Assembly: GCA_965218095.1 (NCBI GenBank)
Contig: OZ244587.1
Location: 96,001 to 160,000 of the forward strand
Source: Candidatus Poribacteria bacterium
Lineage (GTDB): Bacteria > Poribacteria > WGA-4E > PCPOR2b
Reading direction: 5' to 3'
DNA: 64,000 bases
A program made the translations under genes and the position numbers. The notes beneath the pieces are model-generated. The model saw only the letters and a list, made by a program, of their open reading frames with translations, was not told the origin of the DNA and searched no databases. Shown piece after piece: positions 1 to 8,876 of this stretch. Position 1 is the stretch's first letter; every line of letters starts with the position of its first letter.

Positions 1-2
1 AC

Positions 3-722
3 AGACCTGATTTCACCGCACATCCCACGCTGATTGGGCAAAACGAGGCAGGAAGTCCACTTCCAGCGATATTTTTTACCCCAAAACCTGCGACGGAGAA
101 CGGTTCAGCAACGCTGATTGTTCACCCCGATGGTAAGGCGAATTTAATTGATTCGGAGACAGGTCAGCCGACGCGCTTAATCACTGACCTGCTCACCGCC
201 GGAGAGTCGGTCTTAATGGTGGATGTCTTTTTGACTGGCGAGCACCAGCCTGCTGATGGACAGGCGATACGGGACGAGAGCGTTAGATACTTCACCACCT
301 ACAACCGCACGGACGCTGCTCTGTGCGTCCAGGACATTTTGACTGCGCTCGCATATCTGAAGAGGAAAGCGGAAATTTCATCCGTTAACCTAGTTGGGCT
401 TGGGGAGGCGGGCTTGTGGTGCCTCCTCGCCGCCGGATTCGCCAATGTTGACCGGGTCGCGGTTGATGCGAATAGGTTCGACAGTGATAACGACGAGGCG
501 TACCTGCAATCCTTGCCGATACCGGGTATCCGCCGCGCCGGCGATTTTCGCACCGCGGGAACCCTTATCGCACCGCGTTATCTGCTCATCCACAACACGG
601 GTAATGCTTTCCAGACGGATTGGATTACCGATGTGTATCGGACGGTTGGGGCGGTGGATTCCCTGAAGGTGAAAAGAGAAGCAGTATCGGAGGGAGAAAT
701 CGTGGCGTGGTTTCTAGAGTAG
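3..722 (+). CDS. C-terminal part of an alpha/beta-hydrolase-like (acetyl xylan esterase-like) protein; 5' end outside window
   Basis: Frame of ORF 216..722 is open back to position 3. VNLVGLGEAGLWCLLAA resembles a degenerate nucleophile elbow. Confidence 0.65.
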   Translation, partial: RPDFTAHPTLIGQNEAGSPLPAIFFTPKPATENGSATLIVHPDGKANLIDSETGQPTRLITDLLTAGESVLMVDVFLTGEHQPADGQAIRDESVRYFTTYNRTDAALCVQDILTALAYLKRKAEISSVNLVGLGEAGLWCLLAAGFANVDRVAVDANRFDSDNDEAYLQSLPIPGIRRAGDFRTAGTLIAPRYLLIHNTGNAFQTDWITDVYRTVGAVDSLKVKREAVSEGEIVAWFLE

Positions 723-789
723 GTGTTTACCCACTCCTGAGACCTGAGCCCTGATACCTCTGAGAATTGCTAAGGAATTCTCAAAAAAC

Positions 790-818
790 TTGACAAACCC
801 GTTGCATTCTGCTATGAT
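790..818 (+). promoter_or_regulatory. sigma70-type promoter
   Basis: TTGACA (790-795), 17-bp spacer, TATGAT (813-818), with extended -10 TG at 810-811. Confidence 0.8.
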
Positions 819-821
819 AAT

Positions 822-1166
822 GGCGATTTCCGTATTGGTCAACAGGAGGATTTACACATTTGGGTGCACAGGTGAGGGGTGATTGGGTGTCACAACCACT
901 CGCTACTCTACCACTCACACCATGGGCGGCCTTTAACAATGTGTCTACTATCATACTGACCAATACAGATAATGGCGATTTCCATAGGGGTCCACGACCC
1001 TCGCCCAAAACGAGGGTCATCGGCCACGGTTCAGAAATGGGAGTCTCAAAGCTAGTCGTGGCAAGGCTCCCGGAGGCTACCCCTTGTGGCACCGCTTTCC
1101 CGCTGAAAGGGATTGAAACACAGAAATAAAAAACCCGGTAGGAAATCTCCTACCGGGTTTTTTATT
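822..1166 (+). ncRNA. putative structured non-coding RNA / leader
   Basis: Lies between a consensus promoter and a perfect terminator. Stems 832-841/957-966 and 996-1003/1011-1018; pseudoknot 1023-1031/1054-1062 crossing 1039-1046/1064-1071. Confidence 0.5.
1125..1166. terminator. bidirectional intrinsic terminator
   Basis: Perfect 19-bp inverted repeat AATAAAAAACCCGGTAGGA-AATC-TCCTACCGGGTTTTTTATT, with a U-tract on each strand. Confidence 0.9.
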
Positions 1167-1335
1167 GCCGAAGCCGAATACACTTTGCACCGCAAGCAAT
1201 TGAGCTTTTTAAGCCCACAAAGATGGCCTCAGTAGAACATGCCCGAGAATCGAACATATTCTACGATACCCCGTCCAAAAAACGCAATCAAAAGCGGTGT
1301 TGAGTATAGAAGTCAATAGATACAGGGATACAAAG

Positions 1336-3261
1336 ATGCAGGCATACATCGAGAATCAGCAAACTGGACGGAAATACAGACATGCAGCGAGGTATCCTTG
1401 TTTGCTTGCCTCCTTGATAATAGCACTGATCATATTTGCTCGGTCAGCCGCCGTCGCCGGCCCTTCGATATCGATTACGCCTCGGATTCCTAAAATTTCT
1501 CCGTCGATTAATCTGGGGGCCTCGGGTGAGACGCTGCGGATTTGGGTACTTTTCACTGACAAGGGCGCCTTGACAACATCCAATCTCCAGGAGGCGCTGG
1601 ATCGGTATCAGGTGCAGATGTCAGATCGGGTGAAGAAACGTCGCAGATACCGTGCACATCTGAGCCGCCCGGATCTTACGGATCTGCCCCTCGAATCCCG
1701 CTACATTGATGCCGTGCTCCGGGTTGGTGGGAAGCTGCGTAGCCAGAGCCGATGGCTGAACGGCATTGGGCTGGAAGCGACAATGGAGGAGATTCGCGCA
1801 ATCGCACGTCTGCCGCTTGTCCGCGCAATCGATCCAATTCTGCGGCACACAGAGACTTTTGAACTTCCAGTCAGCGGCTCGGGTTCGTTGTCGCCGCGTG
1901 CGCCTTCTCCCGTTGTGGTATTGGACTACGGCAATGCCAGTGAACAGATTACACAGATTCAGGCGGACTTTCTGCATCAGGAGGGGTTTCTCGGAAAGAG
2001 CATCGTGATCGGATTGCTGGATACGGGGTTTAACCTTGCGCATACCGCACTTCCGGACGTGGACGTCCTCGCCCAGCACGATTTTGTCAACGACGATGAT
2101 AATACCGCCGATGAGATCGGTCAAGATGATCCGGATCAGGATGTCCATGGTTCAATTGTTTTGGGCATCCTCGCCGGCAAGGCGCCGGGGCAGCTTATTG
2201 GCGCCGCGCACCGCGCCAGCTATCTTCTCGCCAAAACGGAGAAAGTGACCGAAAATGGACGTAATTTTGAGCGGCAGATTGAGGAAGACTGGTGGATTGA
2301 GGGGCTTGAGTGGCTTGAAGAGATGGGCGCAGATGTAGTGAGCAGTTCGCTCGGTTATTTTGATTGGTATCGTTTCAGAGACCTGGACGGGAAGACCTCA
2401 AAAGTTACAGTTGCCGCGAACCTTGCCGTTCAAAAAGGGATGTCTGTCGTTATCGCTGCTGGAAATCTTGGTGCCCAACCACCGAGCAATGCGCTTGGGC
2501 TGCCGGGGCGAATTACCCCACCCGCAGACGGGTTTGACATTCTCGCAATCGGTGCTGTGGATCGCGATGGACAGGTGGCACCATTCAGTTCACGAGGACC
2601 CACCTTCGACGGACGCATTAAGCCAGACCTGATGGCGATGGGCGAAGACGTTACGAGCATTAACGCATCGACACGCGGTGACTTCTCCAGCAATTACCTG
2701 GGCACATCAGTTTCCACGCCGCTTGCTGCCGGTGTCGTGGCGCTGCTGCTGCAAGCCTTCCCGCTTGCGACGCCACAAGATATTGCCGATGCGCTCCGCA
2801 GGACTGCGTCGCAATCGGACAAGCCAGATAATACCGCTGGATACGGAGTTATTCGCGCGAGAGCCGCTTATGAGGCGCTGCTCGATCAATTTGGACAAAC
2901 GGGGTTTCCCAAACCGATTGCCGTCCAGCCAGCGCATGATCGGCTGCGGATTACCTGGGGAAAGCTGAAGCAGGGGGACCTTTTTCAGAATTACCCGAAC
3001 CCGTTCAATGCAGAGACATGGATGCCCTTTAAGCTGGCATTTCCCGGGCGGGTCACCATTCGGATCTACGACCTTCGTGGACAACTCGTCAATGTGCTTG
3101 AACCTGGGCATCTCCCTACAGGTAATTATTCCTCAAAGCATCGCGCCGCATACTGGAATGGGCGAAATCTCAACGGTGAACCTACCGCGAGCGGCAGTTA
3201 TTTTTACGTTTTGGAATTTTTGGGCCAAACGTATACGCGGAAGATGATTTTGCTGGAATGA
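1336..3261 (+). CDS. S8 family (subtilisin-like) serine peptidase with C-terminal FlgD-Ig/T9SS-like domain
   Basis: Catalytic triad motifs LLDTG, HGSIVLG and GTSVSTP; oxyanion AAGN; C-terminal QNYPNPFN...IRIYD...WNGRN...ASGSYFY. Start is uncertain (1297 or 1336). Confidence 0.9.
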   Translation: MQAYIENQQTGRKYRHAARYPCLLASLIIALIIFARSAAVAGPSISITPRIPKISPSINLGASGETLRIWVLFTDKGALTTSNLQEALDRYQVQMSDRVKKRRRYRAHLSRPDLTDLPLESRYIDAVLRVGGKLRSQSRWLNGIGLEATMEEIRAIARLPLVRAIDPILRHTETFELPVSGSGSLSPRAPSPVVVLDYGNASEQITQIQADFLHQEGFLGKSIVIGLLDTGFNLAHTALPDVDVLAQHDFVNDDDNTADEIGQDDPDQDVHGSIVLGILAGKAPGQLIGAAHRASYLLAKTEKVTENGRNFERQIEEDWWIEGLEWLEEMGADVVSSSLGYFDWYRFRDLDGKTSKVTVAANLAVQKGMSVVIAAGNLGAQPPSNALGLPGRITPPADGFDILAIGAVDRDGQVAPFSSRGPTFDGRIKPDLMAMGEDVTSINASTRGDFSSNYLGTSVSTPLAAGVVALLLQAFPLATPQDIADALRRTASQSDKPDNTAGYGVIRARAAYEALLDQFGQTGFPKPIAVQPAHDRLRITWGKLKQGDLFQNYPNPFNAETWMPFKLAFPGRVTIRIYDLRGQLVNVLEPGHLPTGNYSSKHRAAYWNGRNLNGEPTASGSYFYVLEFLGQTYTRKMILLE

Positions 3262-3437
3262 AGGAAGATTTTGTGATGCAGATTGAGGAAGCGAAATCCC
3301 GACTTGTCGGGACACCGCTTTTGAGACTCGCGCTCCGGTGTCGCCAGACCGCAATTATGTCGTTCCACGCACGGCAGAAGTCGAAAATTAAATGCCCCTT
3401 TGTTTAGTCATATAAATTCCCCACGAGAAAAAACAGG

Positions 3438-3466
3438 TTGAATTTCGGTGTTATTGGTCGTAAACT
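3438..3466 (+). promoter_or_regulatory. putative sigma70 promoter upstream of a structured intergenic RNA
   Basis: TTGAAT-N17-TAAACT. Confidence 0.45.
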
Positions 3467-3669
3467 TTGCGATGAAATGATTCGGCGATACATTCACCCC
3501 AAAACTACCAATCGAAAGGAGGTGACTCTACTCAGTCGTCGGCAAACCTGTGAGCATTTGCCGACAACTCATACTCGAAGTCTGTCTGGACCTGTTTTTT
3601 CTGGGTCAGCCCCTCGGTAAACTCGATTGAGCTCATGCATGGGGAATTTGTAGTTTAGTCACTTTTTGG

Positions 3670-3698
3670 TTGGCAAGGGGAAGATTTTCGGTTATAAT
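3670..3698 (+). promoter_or_regulatory. sigma70 promoter of pspA
   Basis: TTGGCA-N17-TATAAT about 75 bp upstream of the pspA ATG. Confidence 0.7.
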
Positions 3699-3773
3699 TA
3701 GATTTAAGTTTTGGAGACCCAAGTTCATTTAGGGCTCATATCAATCACCCTTAATATTGCAGGAGTCATGACC

Positions 3774-4454
3774 ATGGGATTTTTTAACCGGATGTCCACC
3801 ATCTTCAAAGCCAATGTGAATGCCGCATTGGATCAAGCTGAAGATCCAGAAAAAATGTTGAATCAGGTCACAACCGAAATGCAGGAGCAACTGGTAAAAG
3901 TCAAACAACAGGTTGCGACTGCCATCGCTGACGAGAAGCGGCTCCAAAAGGACCATGAGAACGAGCAAGAGCAAGCAGACGCCTGGGAGCAAAAAGCAAC
4001 CGTAGCCCTGCAGCGGGGGAATGAAGAGCTCGCCAAACAGGCGCTCACCCGTCGCAACGAGCATGCGAATATTGCGAGCAGCTACAAGGAACAGTGGGAA
4101 AAGCAGAAACAGGCTGTTGAAATGCTCAAGGATAATCTCCGAACGCTTGAACGGAAGATTGACGAGGCAAGACGCAAGAAAGACCTGCTAATCGCTCGAC
4201 AAAAGCGTGCAAAAGCTCAAAAGGCGATTCATGAGACGATGGCTGGTATGAAAGATGAGAGTGCTTTCGCCAGCTTTGATCGGATGGAAGCGAAAGTCGG
4301 GGATATGGAAGCGCGTGCGGATGCAGCCACCGAGATGTCCGAATTGAGCCGTGATTCGCTTGAGGATGAATTTGCAGCCCTTGAAACAGGAAGTGTAGAC
4401 GACGACCTGGCGGCGTTGAAAGCCAAATTGAGTGGAAGCAGCAGTACTTGTTGA
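3774..4454 (+). CDS. pspA: PspA/IM30 family protein
   Basis: MGFFNRMSTIFKANVNAALDQAEDPEKML N-terminus, coiled coil, VDDDLAALKAKL end; AGGAG RBS at 3761. Confidence 0.93.
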   Translation: MGFFNRMSTIFKANVNAALDQAEDPEKMLNQVTTEMQEQLVKVKQQVATAIADEKRLQKDHENEQEQADAWEQKATVALQRGNEELAKQALTRRNEHANIASSYKEQWEKQKQAVEMLKDNLRTLERKIDEARRKKDLLIARQKRAKAQKAIHETMAGMKDESAFASFDRMEAKVGDMEARADAATEMSELSRDSLEDEFAALETGSVDDDLAALKAKLSGSSSTC

Positions 4455-4525
4455 AAACGGCTTCCTAACATGCTCAAAGATCGCAGTATAAATGTCTTCG
4501 CGTGTTGGAAAAAAGGAGGAGAACG

Positions 4526-4942
4526 ATGTCAGAATTAAGAACGCAGGCAGGTATTGTCGCATTTCTAACGGAAAATGGGTATAGCGTCACCGAAGGGGAT
4601 GATATTCTCATCATCCAAGATGAGGACGGACTGAATATCTTCGCTGTAGTTGATGAAACACAGATTGAATTTCTGATTGATCTGTGCAGCGTTGACGAGC
4701 TTGACACCACCAAACTTGAGGAGATCTACGAGAAAATCCTTGATCAAAACACCGAAATCCTTCCGACCTGTTTCGGAATTGATTCGAGCGACCCTGACGA
4801 CAAGCAGCTTGTCTTAGTTGATAGCCTCGCAACAGAAAATCTGGATGCGAATGAGCTTTTACTGGCGCTGGACTCCCTCGCAGTCAACGTTGTTACCGCC
4901 CACGACCTGCTGCTCCCCTATCTTAAAACGGCAGCATCGTGA
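4526..4942 (+). CDS. YjfI/DUF2170 family protein (type III chaperone-like fold)
   Basis: Acidic ~138 aa protein directly after pspA, like the yjfI-yjfJ pairing; AGGAGG RBS. Confidence 0.65.
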   Translation: MSELRTQAGIVAFLTENGYSVTEGDDILIIQDEDGLNIFAVVDETQIEFLIDLCSVDELDTTKLEEIYEKILDQNTEILPTCFGIDSSDPDDKQLVLVDSLATENLDANELLLALDSLAVNVVTAHDLLLPYLKTAAS

Positions 4943-5217
4943 GTAGATACAGTGTTCCAGCTTTAAACGAAAGTTCCCAGCCAGGTATGAAGTCGAAGTT
5001 GACTGGGCGTCGGACAAAGCCGCCGAGAACCTCGCAAAACCCCAAACGAAAGCGTAGCGAGTCGCAATCCTGTGTTTTGTTTATATTGAACTCAATCCCC
5101 GCCTAGTGGATTCAGTAGCAAACAGTTTATACAAATGTATACACTCGAACCCTGGGACCGTCTGATATGCAGATGGCGTATAGATTGTCAGGAAAAAGTG
5201 AATATCGACGGAGTTCA

Positions 5218-6327
5218 TCATTTCTCTCTATTTTCTCTTCTAAGCAACAGCGCTTGCGATCGGTGTTGCATGTTGATCTGGCGTCGTGACTTCGTTTTCG
5301 CCCATTCCTCCATTTGACTCCACACCGTGCCAACGGGTAGTTTCTTCGTGCATTCCCAGCTAATTTTGCATTTATGGGCGCTGCAGGGCCAGCACGGCAT
5401 ATCACGCCTGACGATCGTTGCTTCCTCGCTGAGTGGTTTCCAGGCGATATGATCGGTGGGCCCAAAGATCGCGACAGTTGGCACGTCCAATGCAGCAGCG
5501 ATGTGCATTGGGCCCGAGTCGTTGCATGCAAAGAGGTTGCAGCCTCCGATTAGCGCAGCAAGCTCCCGTATCGATTTCGGGGCGTAGGCAATCGGCTCAG
5601 ATTGCATGGCTTTCCGGAGGTTTCGTTCCAACTCGGCTTCTTCAGGACCCCGAAGGATCAAAATCTTTGCATCATGTTCCTGTACGAACGCATCGGCGAC
5701 TCGGGCGTAATTTTCCTCGGGCCACCGCTTATCAAACGAACTGCCGCCGGGGTGGATGCCAACTAAGAAGTCATTCGACTCAATCTTCCAATCCGTCAAC
5801 CGTTTTCTTGCCTGCGCAATCTCATCATCCAGCAAATTTAGCACCAACCGCCGATGCCCTTCCCCTTCACAGATCAGTCGCACCAGATCGAAATTTCGAT
5901 CGACTTCGTGAACATGCCCCTTCTCGTACTTTCCCTTCCAGGCGTGTGTCAGGGTACTTTTGAACCGTTTATGGCAGCGCCCCAACCGATACCTCGCCCC
6001 CGAGAAGAATGCAACAAAATTGGACCACGAAGCCGTCCGCACCGCGACGACGAGGTCATACTTTTCACATCGTAAGCTTCGGTAAAATCGCAAGCGATCA
6101 CGCAGCCATCGATGTTCTCCTTCCCGATCGAAGATCAGGACTCGATCGACATCCGGGTTGCCAATGAGGATCGGGACGTTCAACGGTTGGGCAAGTACCG
6201 CAATCTCTGCATCAGGGTAGTTCTGACGCAGCAAGGCAATGGCGGGCGTTGAATTGAGGAGATCACCAATGCCATCGTTGCGGATGATTAAGATTTTGTG
6301 GATGTTGGGAAGACGCCGATCAGACAC
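5218..6327 (-). CDS. glycosyltransferase family 9 (LPS heptosyltransferase-like)
   Basis: KILIIRNDGIGDLL, HPGGS...KRWP and CNDSGPMHIAAALDVPTVAIFGPT motifs. Confidence 0.92.
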   Translation of the reverse strand: MSDRRLPNIHKILIIRNDGIGDLLNSTPAIALLRQNYPDAEIAVLAQPLNVPILIGNPDVDRVLIFDREGEHRWLRDRLRFYRSLRCEKYDLVVAVRTASWSNFVAFFSGARYRLGRCHKRFKSTLTHAWKGKYEKGHVHEVDRNFDLVRLICEGEGHRRLVLNLLDDEIAQARKRLTDWKIESNDFLVGIHPGGSSFDKRWPEENYARVADAFVQEHDAKILILRGPEEAELERNLRKAMQSEPIAYAPKSIRELAALIGGCNLFACNDSGPMHIAAALDVPTVAIFGPTDHIAWKPLSEEATIVRRDMPCWPCSAHKCKISWECTKKLPVGTVWSQMEEWAKTKSRRQINMQHRSQALLLRRENREK

Positions 6328-6548
6328 AGTTTTTCCTTCGATTGACGATGATTAACTGAGGTCTTTAATCATAGCACAATTACACCCTAAAATCCAGCCA
6401 ATTGAATGCGGTCGATCCAAATGTCCGATCCGCGTTATGGACTCGACAACGCAGCCAGGGCGACCTTCGGGAGGATTTGACTGTAAGGGGATTCCGAATC
6501 GACTTGATAAGCGCAGTTAAGCATGGTACATTGAACACTTTGGACGCC

Positions 6549-7328
6549 TCACGTTTCATACCAGTTATGGATGACGTAGACCGGATCAGATCCATCCGCC
6601 AGGCGAATGGTCGCCCGATCCGCCCCCGCCACAAATTCATTCCGTAAGGTGTTGGTCAGATCCGAGTCGACGTGGAGCCCATCTAATTTCCAGCGGAGGT
6701 TCATGCTGCTCTCCGCAGTGACATTGGGGTGCTCGGCAACGAGGGATACACGCTGTAAACCCGCATTTTTTCGTTCTAAGGTCAAATCCGAAATGACGAG
6801 ATGAATTGTTTGAAAGACATCCCGCATTTCGGCTTTGTAGGGCAAGCTGGCAGCATGCCCCACTTCTGATGCCCCATGTCCCTGAGAGAACGCCCGTAAC
6901 CCGAAGCGCATCAGCTTCAGATTTCCGAGAAAGTGATCCGTTTCGTAACCGTCGGGGCAAGGCAGCCCACCGTAGATGACGATGTGCTGGGAGGCATATT
7001 CCTCGACTGCGTAGGTAACCGCCAACTGCCCGTCCGTGTAATCCTTGTCCACCTTCCCGACCCACTCGCGGACGATGTGCATGCCAGAACGCTGCAACTG
7101 TTCAATGGCGTCCGCAGGCATCCCTTCGAGGGAATCGAGGTCGCCGATCAGGACATCTGGGGCAAACTGCGTTCCGTCAGTGTGATTGAGGCTGCGGAAT
7201 AACCAGATACCACCGTCTGCGCAGATTAGGGGATGGCTGTTTTCCAATCCCCACGCAATCTCCTGTTTGTAAAATTCAGGATGGCGCGGGTCATAATAAC
7301 CGTTGAGGAAGATTTGAGCGGATTTCAT
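6549..7328 (-). CDS. thiamine pyrophosphokinase-like protein
   Basis: ICADGG, PDVLIGDLDS, DKDYTDGQLAV and DHFLGN motifs match ThiN/TPK. Confidence 0.75.
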   Translation of the reverse strand: MKSAQIFLNGYYDPRHPEFYKQEIAWGLENSHPLICADGGIWLFRSLNHTDGTQFAPDVLIGDLDSLEGMPADAIEQLQRSGMHIVREWVGKVDKDYTDGQLAVTYAVEEYASQHIVIYGGLPCPDGYETDHFLGNLKLMRFGLRAFSQGHGASEVGHAASLPYKAEMRDVFQTIHLVISDLTLERKNAGLQRVSLVAEHPNVTAESSMNLRWKLDGLHVDSDLTNTLRNEFVAGADRATIRLADGSDPVYVIHNWYET

Positions 7329-8320
7329 AGCATGATCCGTGAAACGTGAAGCGTAATACCAATTCGATTTAAGAATTGTGCCTTCCTGTCATCAATCGGG
7401 AGAAAGACATTGTAAGACGCAACTAACTCAGTGGGACGATATGACAGCTTGACGCGCTTGATGTTTTCTAAGCCGGAATCGTCCATTGCATTAATCGATG
7501 GATAGGCTGTTTGCTCGCGGCAAAATTCCCTGAAAAGAAATTGCGCCAGCCCCTTAATTCGTAAATCGGTCACCTCGAAAAGGACGCAGAAAATCTCGCT
7601 GTTGAGGGGATACCCAAAAGTATATCCTTTCAGTTCACCATCAATGAGAATGACCCTGCCGACCAAGCTCAATTCTTCGTAGTTCAAGAGACCTGTGTGG
7701 TGGGCGTGTCGGGAATCCGCCAACATCGCCCGATAAACATCGTCGTCGGACTGTGCATGTCGCGCCCCTTGCCATGATTCGTAGAGCGCAAGGCAATCTG
7801 CAAAATGAGCGGGTTGATACGGCTGTATCCAAACGGAAGGATAACTTCGGACGAAGGCGTTATAAGCCGCCCGCTTGCTTTTGTAACGATTCCCCTTGAG
7901 TTGGATTAGCGCCTCCGTTTCGTAGAGGTATTCCGTCTCTTTCTGGACGGTATGGAAGCCCATTTGACGGAAAAAGGAAAGACGATCCGCCGGGACGTTT
8001 TCAATCCGTGTAATCTGCTTTCCGCGATTTGACTCAAGCATAAATCCATAAGCTTCGTGAATTGCCCTTTCACTCAGCGACTCTCCCATTGGCATGATCG
8101 GCATGAAGTAGTCGTTACCTTGCTTGGCGAAAACACAGAACCGGTCGTCGGTTATTGTCCAATAAAAATCAAAGAGATTTCGCCAGACGTAGAGCGGCGC
8201 AAACGCATAGTTCGATAATTTCGTGGGCGTTTGGCGAGCATACCGATCGAAAAGAGGTTTATCCCTTAGCGTAAGCGGCCGTAGCACCTTTCGACGAATT
8301 CTGCAATCTTCAATCTTCAA
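7325..8320 (-). CDS. DUF2156 / phosphatidylglycerol lysyltransferase C-terminal-like protein
   Basis: EYLY...LKGNRYKSKR and INAMDDSGLENIKRVKLSYRP. The start lies inside a heptamer repeat; alternative GTG at 8287. Confidence 0.85.
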   Translation of the reverse strand: MKIEDCRIRRKVLRPLTLRDKPLFDRYARQTPTKLSNYAFAPLYVWRNLFDFYWTITDDRFCVFAKQGNDYFMPIMPMGESLSERAIHEAYGFMLESNRGKQITRIENVPADRLSFFRQMGFHTVQKETEYLYETEALIQLKGNRYKSKRAAYNAFVRSYPSVWIQPYQPAHFADCLALYESWQGARHAQSDDDVYRAMLADSRHAHHTGLLNYEELSLVGRVILIDGELKGYTFGYPLNSEIFCVLFEVTDLRIKGLAQFLFREFCREQTAYPSINAMDDSGLENIKRVKLSYRPTELVASYNVFLPIDDRKAQFLNRIGITLHVSRIML

Positions 8321-8330
8321 TCTTCAATCT
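8304..8330. repeat. heptamer tandem repeat, (AGATTGA)3 AGATTG on the minus strand
   Basis: caatcttcaatcttcaatcttcaatct at the YkgJ/DUF2156 junction. Confidence 0.9.
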
Positions 8331-8876
8331 ACAATTAGCCAACGTACGGTTCAACTTTTCCAGGACACGGACAATTACCACATCCTTCTGATAAGGACCG
8401 ATGAGGCTCCAGTTTGCAGCAATGATTTCAACGACCGCATCCGATTCCAGATACTTCGAAATGTGGTCGATATAGCGTTGGAATGTCTCCGTGTGAATCT
8501 GCGCCTCACCATAAGGGCAGATCATGTCAACGCCGAGCATGACGTGGGTTTGGTCGTTGTTGTACATCAGCGCAAACGGATAGATCTGGCAGTCCAGCGG
8601 ACGGATGGGGTAGATTGTACATTCACTCGTCTCTGGGTTAAAGCACGGACAGATGTACATATCTTTATGCGGCTTGAGCCTAATCTGCACACTTTTTCCA
8701 TCCCCCGTCGGGCGGAACAAATTCGGATCAACCCCGTGCGCAATCGCTTTTTGGGTCTCCGCTTCCGTGAAAATTGGGGCAAGAAAGCTGTCTTGTTCAA
8801 GGAAACGACAACAGACATCACATGAGAAACAGACCTTGCTGGGTACAATTTGTTCGAGTTGAATCAGTTGACTCAT
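8310..8876 (-). CDS. YkgJ family (CxxCxxCC) cysteine-cluster protein
   Basis: CFSCDVCC, CPCF and CTIYPIRPLDCQIYPF motifs. Confidence 0.88.
   Translation of the reverse strand: MSQLIQLEQIVPSKVCFSCDVCCRFLEQDSFLAPIFTEAETQKAIAHGVDPNLFRPTGDGKSVQIRLKPHKDMYICPCFNPETSECTIYPIRPLDCQIYPFALMYNNDQTHVMLGVDMICPYGEAQIHTETFQRYIDHISKYLESDAVVEIIAANWSLIGPYQKDVVIVRVLEKLNRTLANCRLKIED

Noticed and set aside
832-966. Retron msr/msd or rRNA leader (boxA-like CTTTAACAAT)
   Set aside because: No reverse transcriptase or rRNA gene anywhere in the window.
860-1129. 89-aa ORF with upstream AGGAGG
   Set aside because: TTG start, no recognisable domain and a region dominated by RNA-like pairing. Not excluded, but not supportable as a CDS.
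4985-5045. BrnT-like toxin N-terminus (VDWASDKAAENLAK)
   Set aside because: Only about 15 codons with no intact frame; too short to support.
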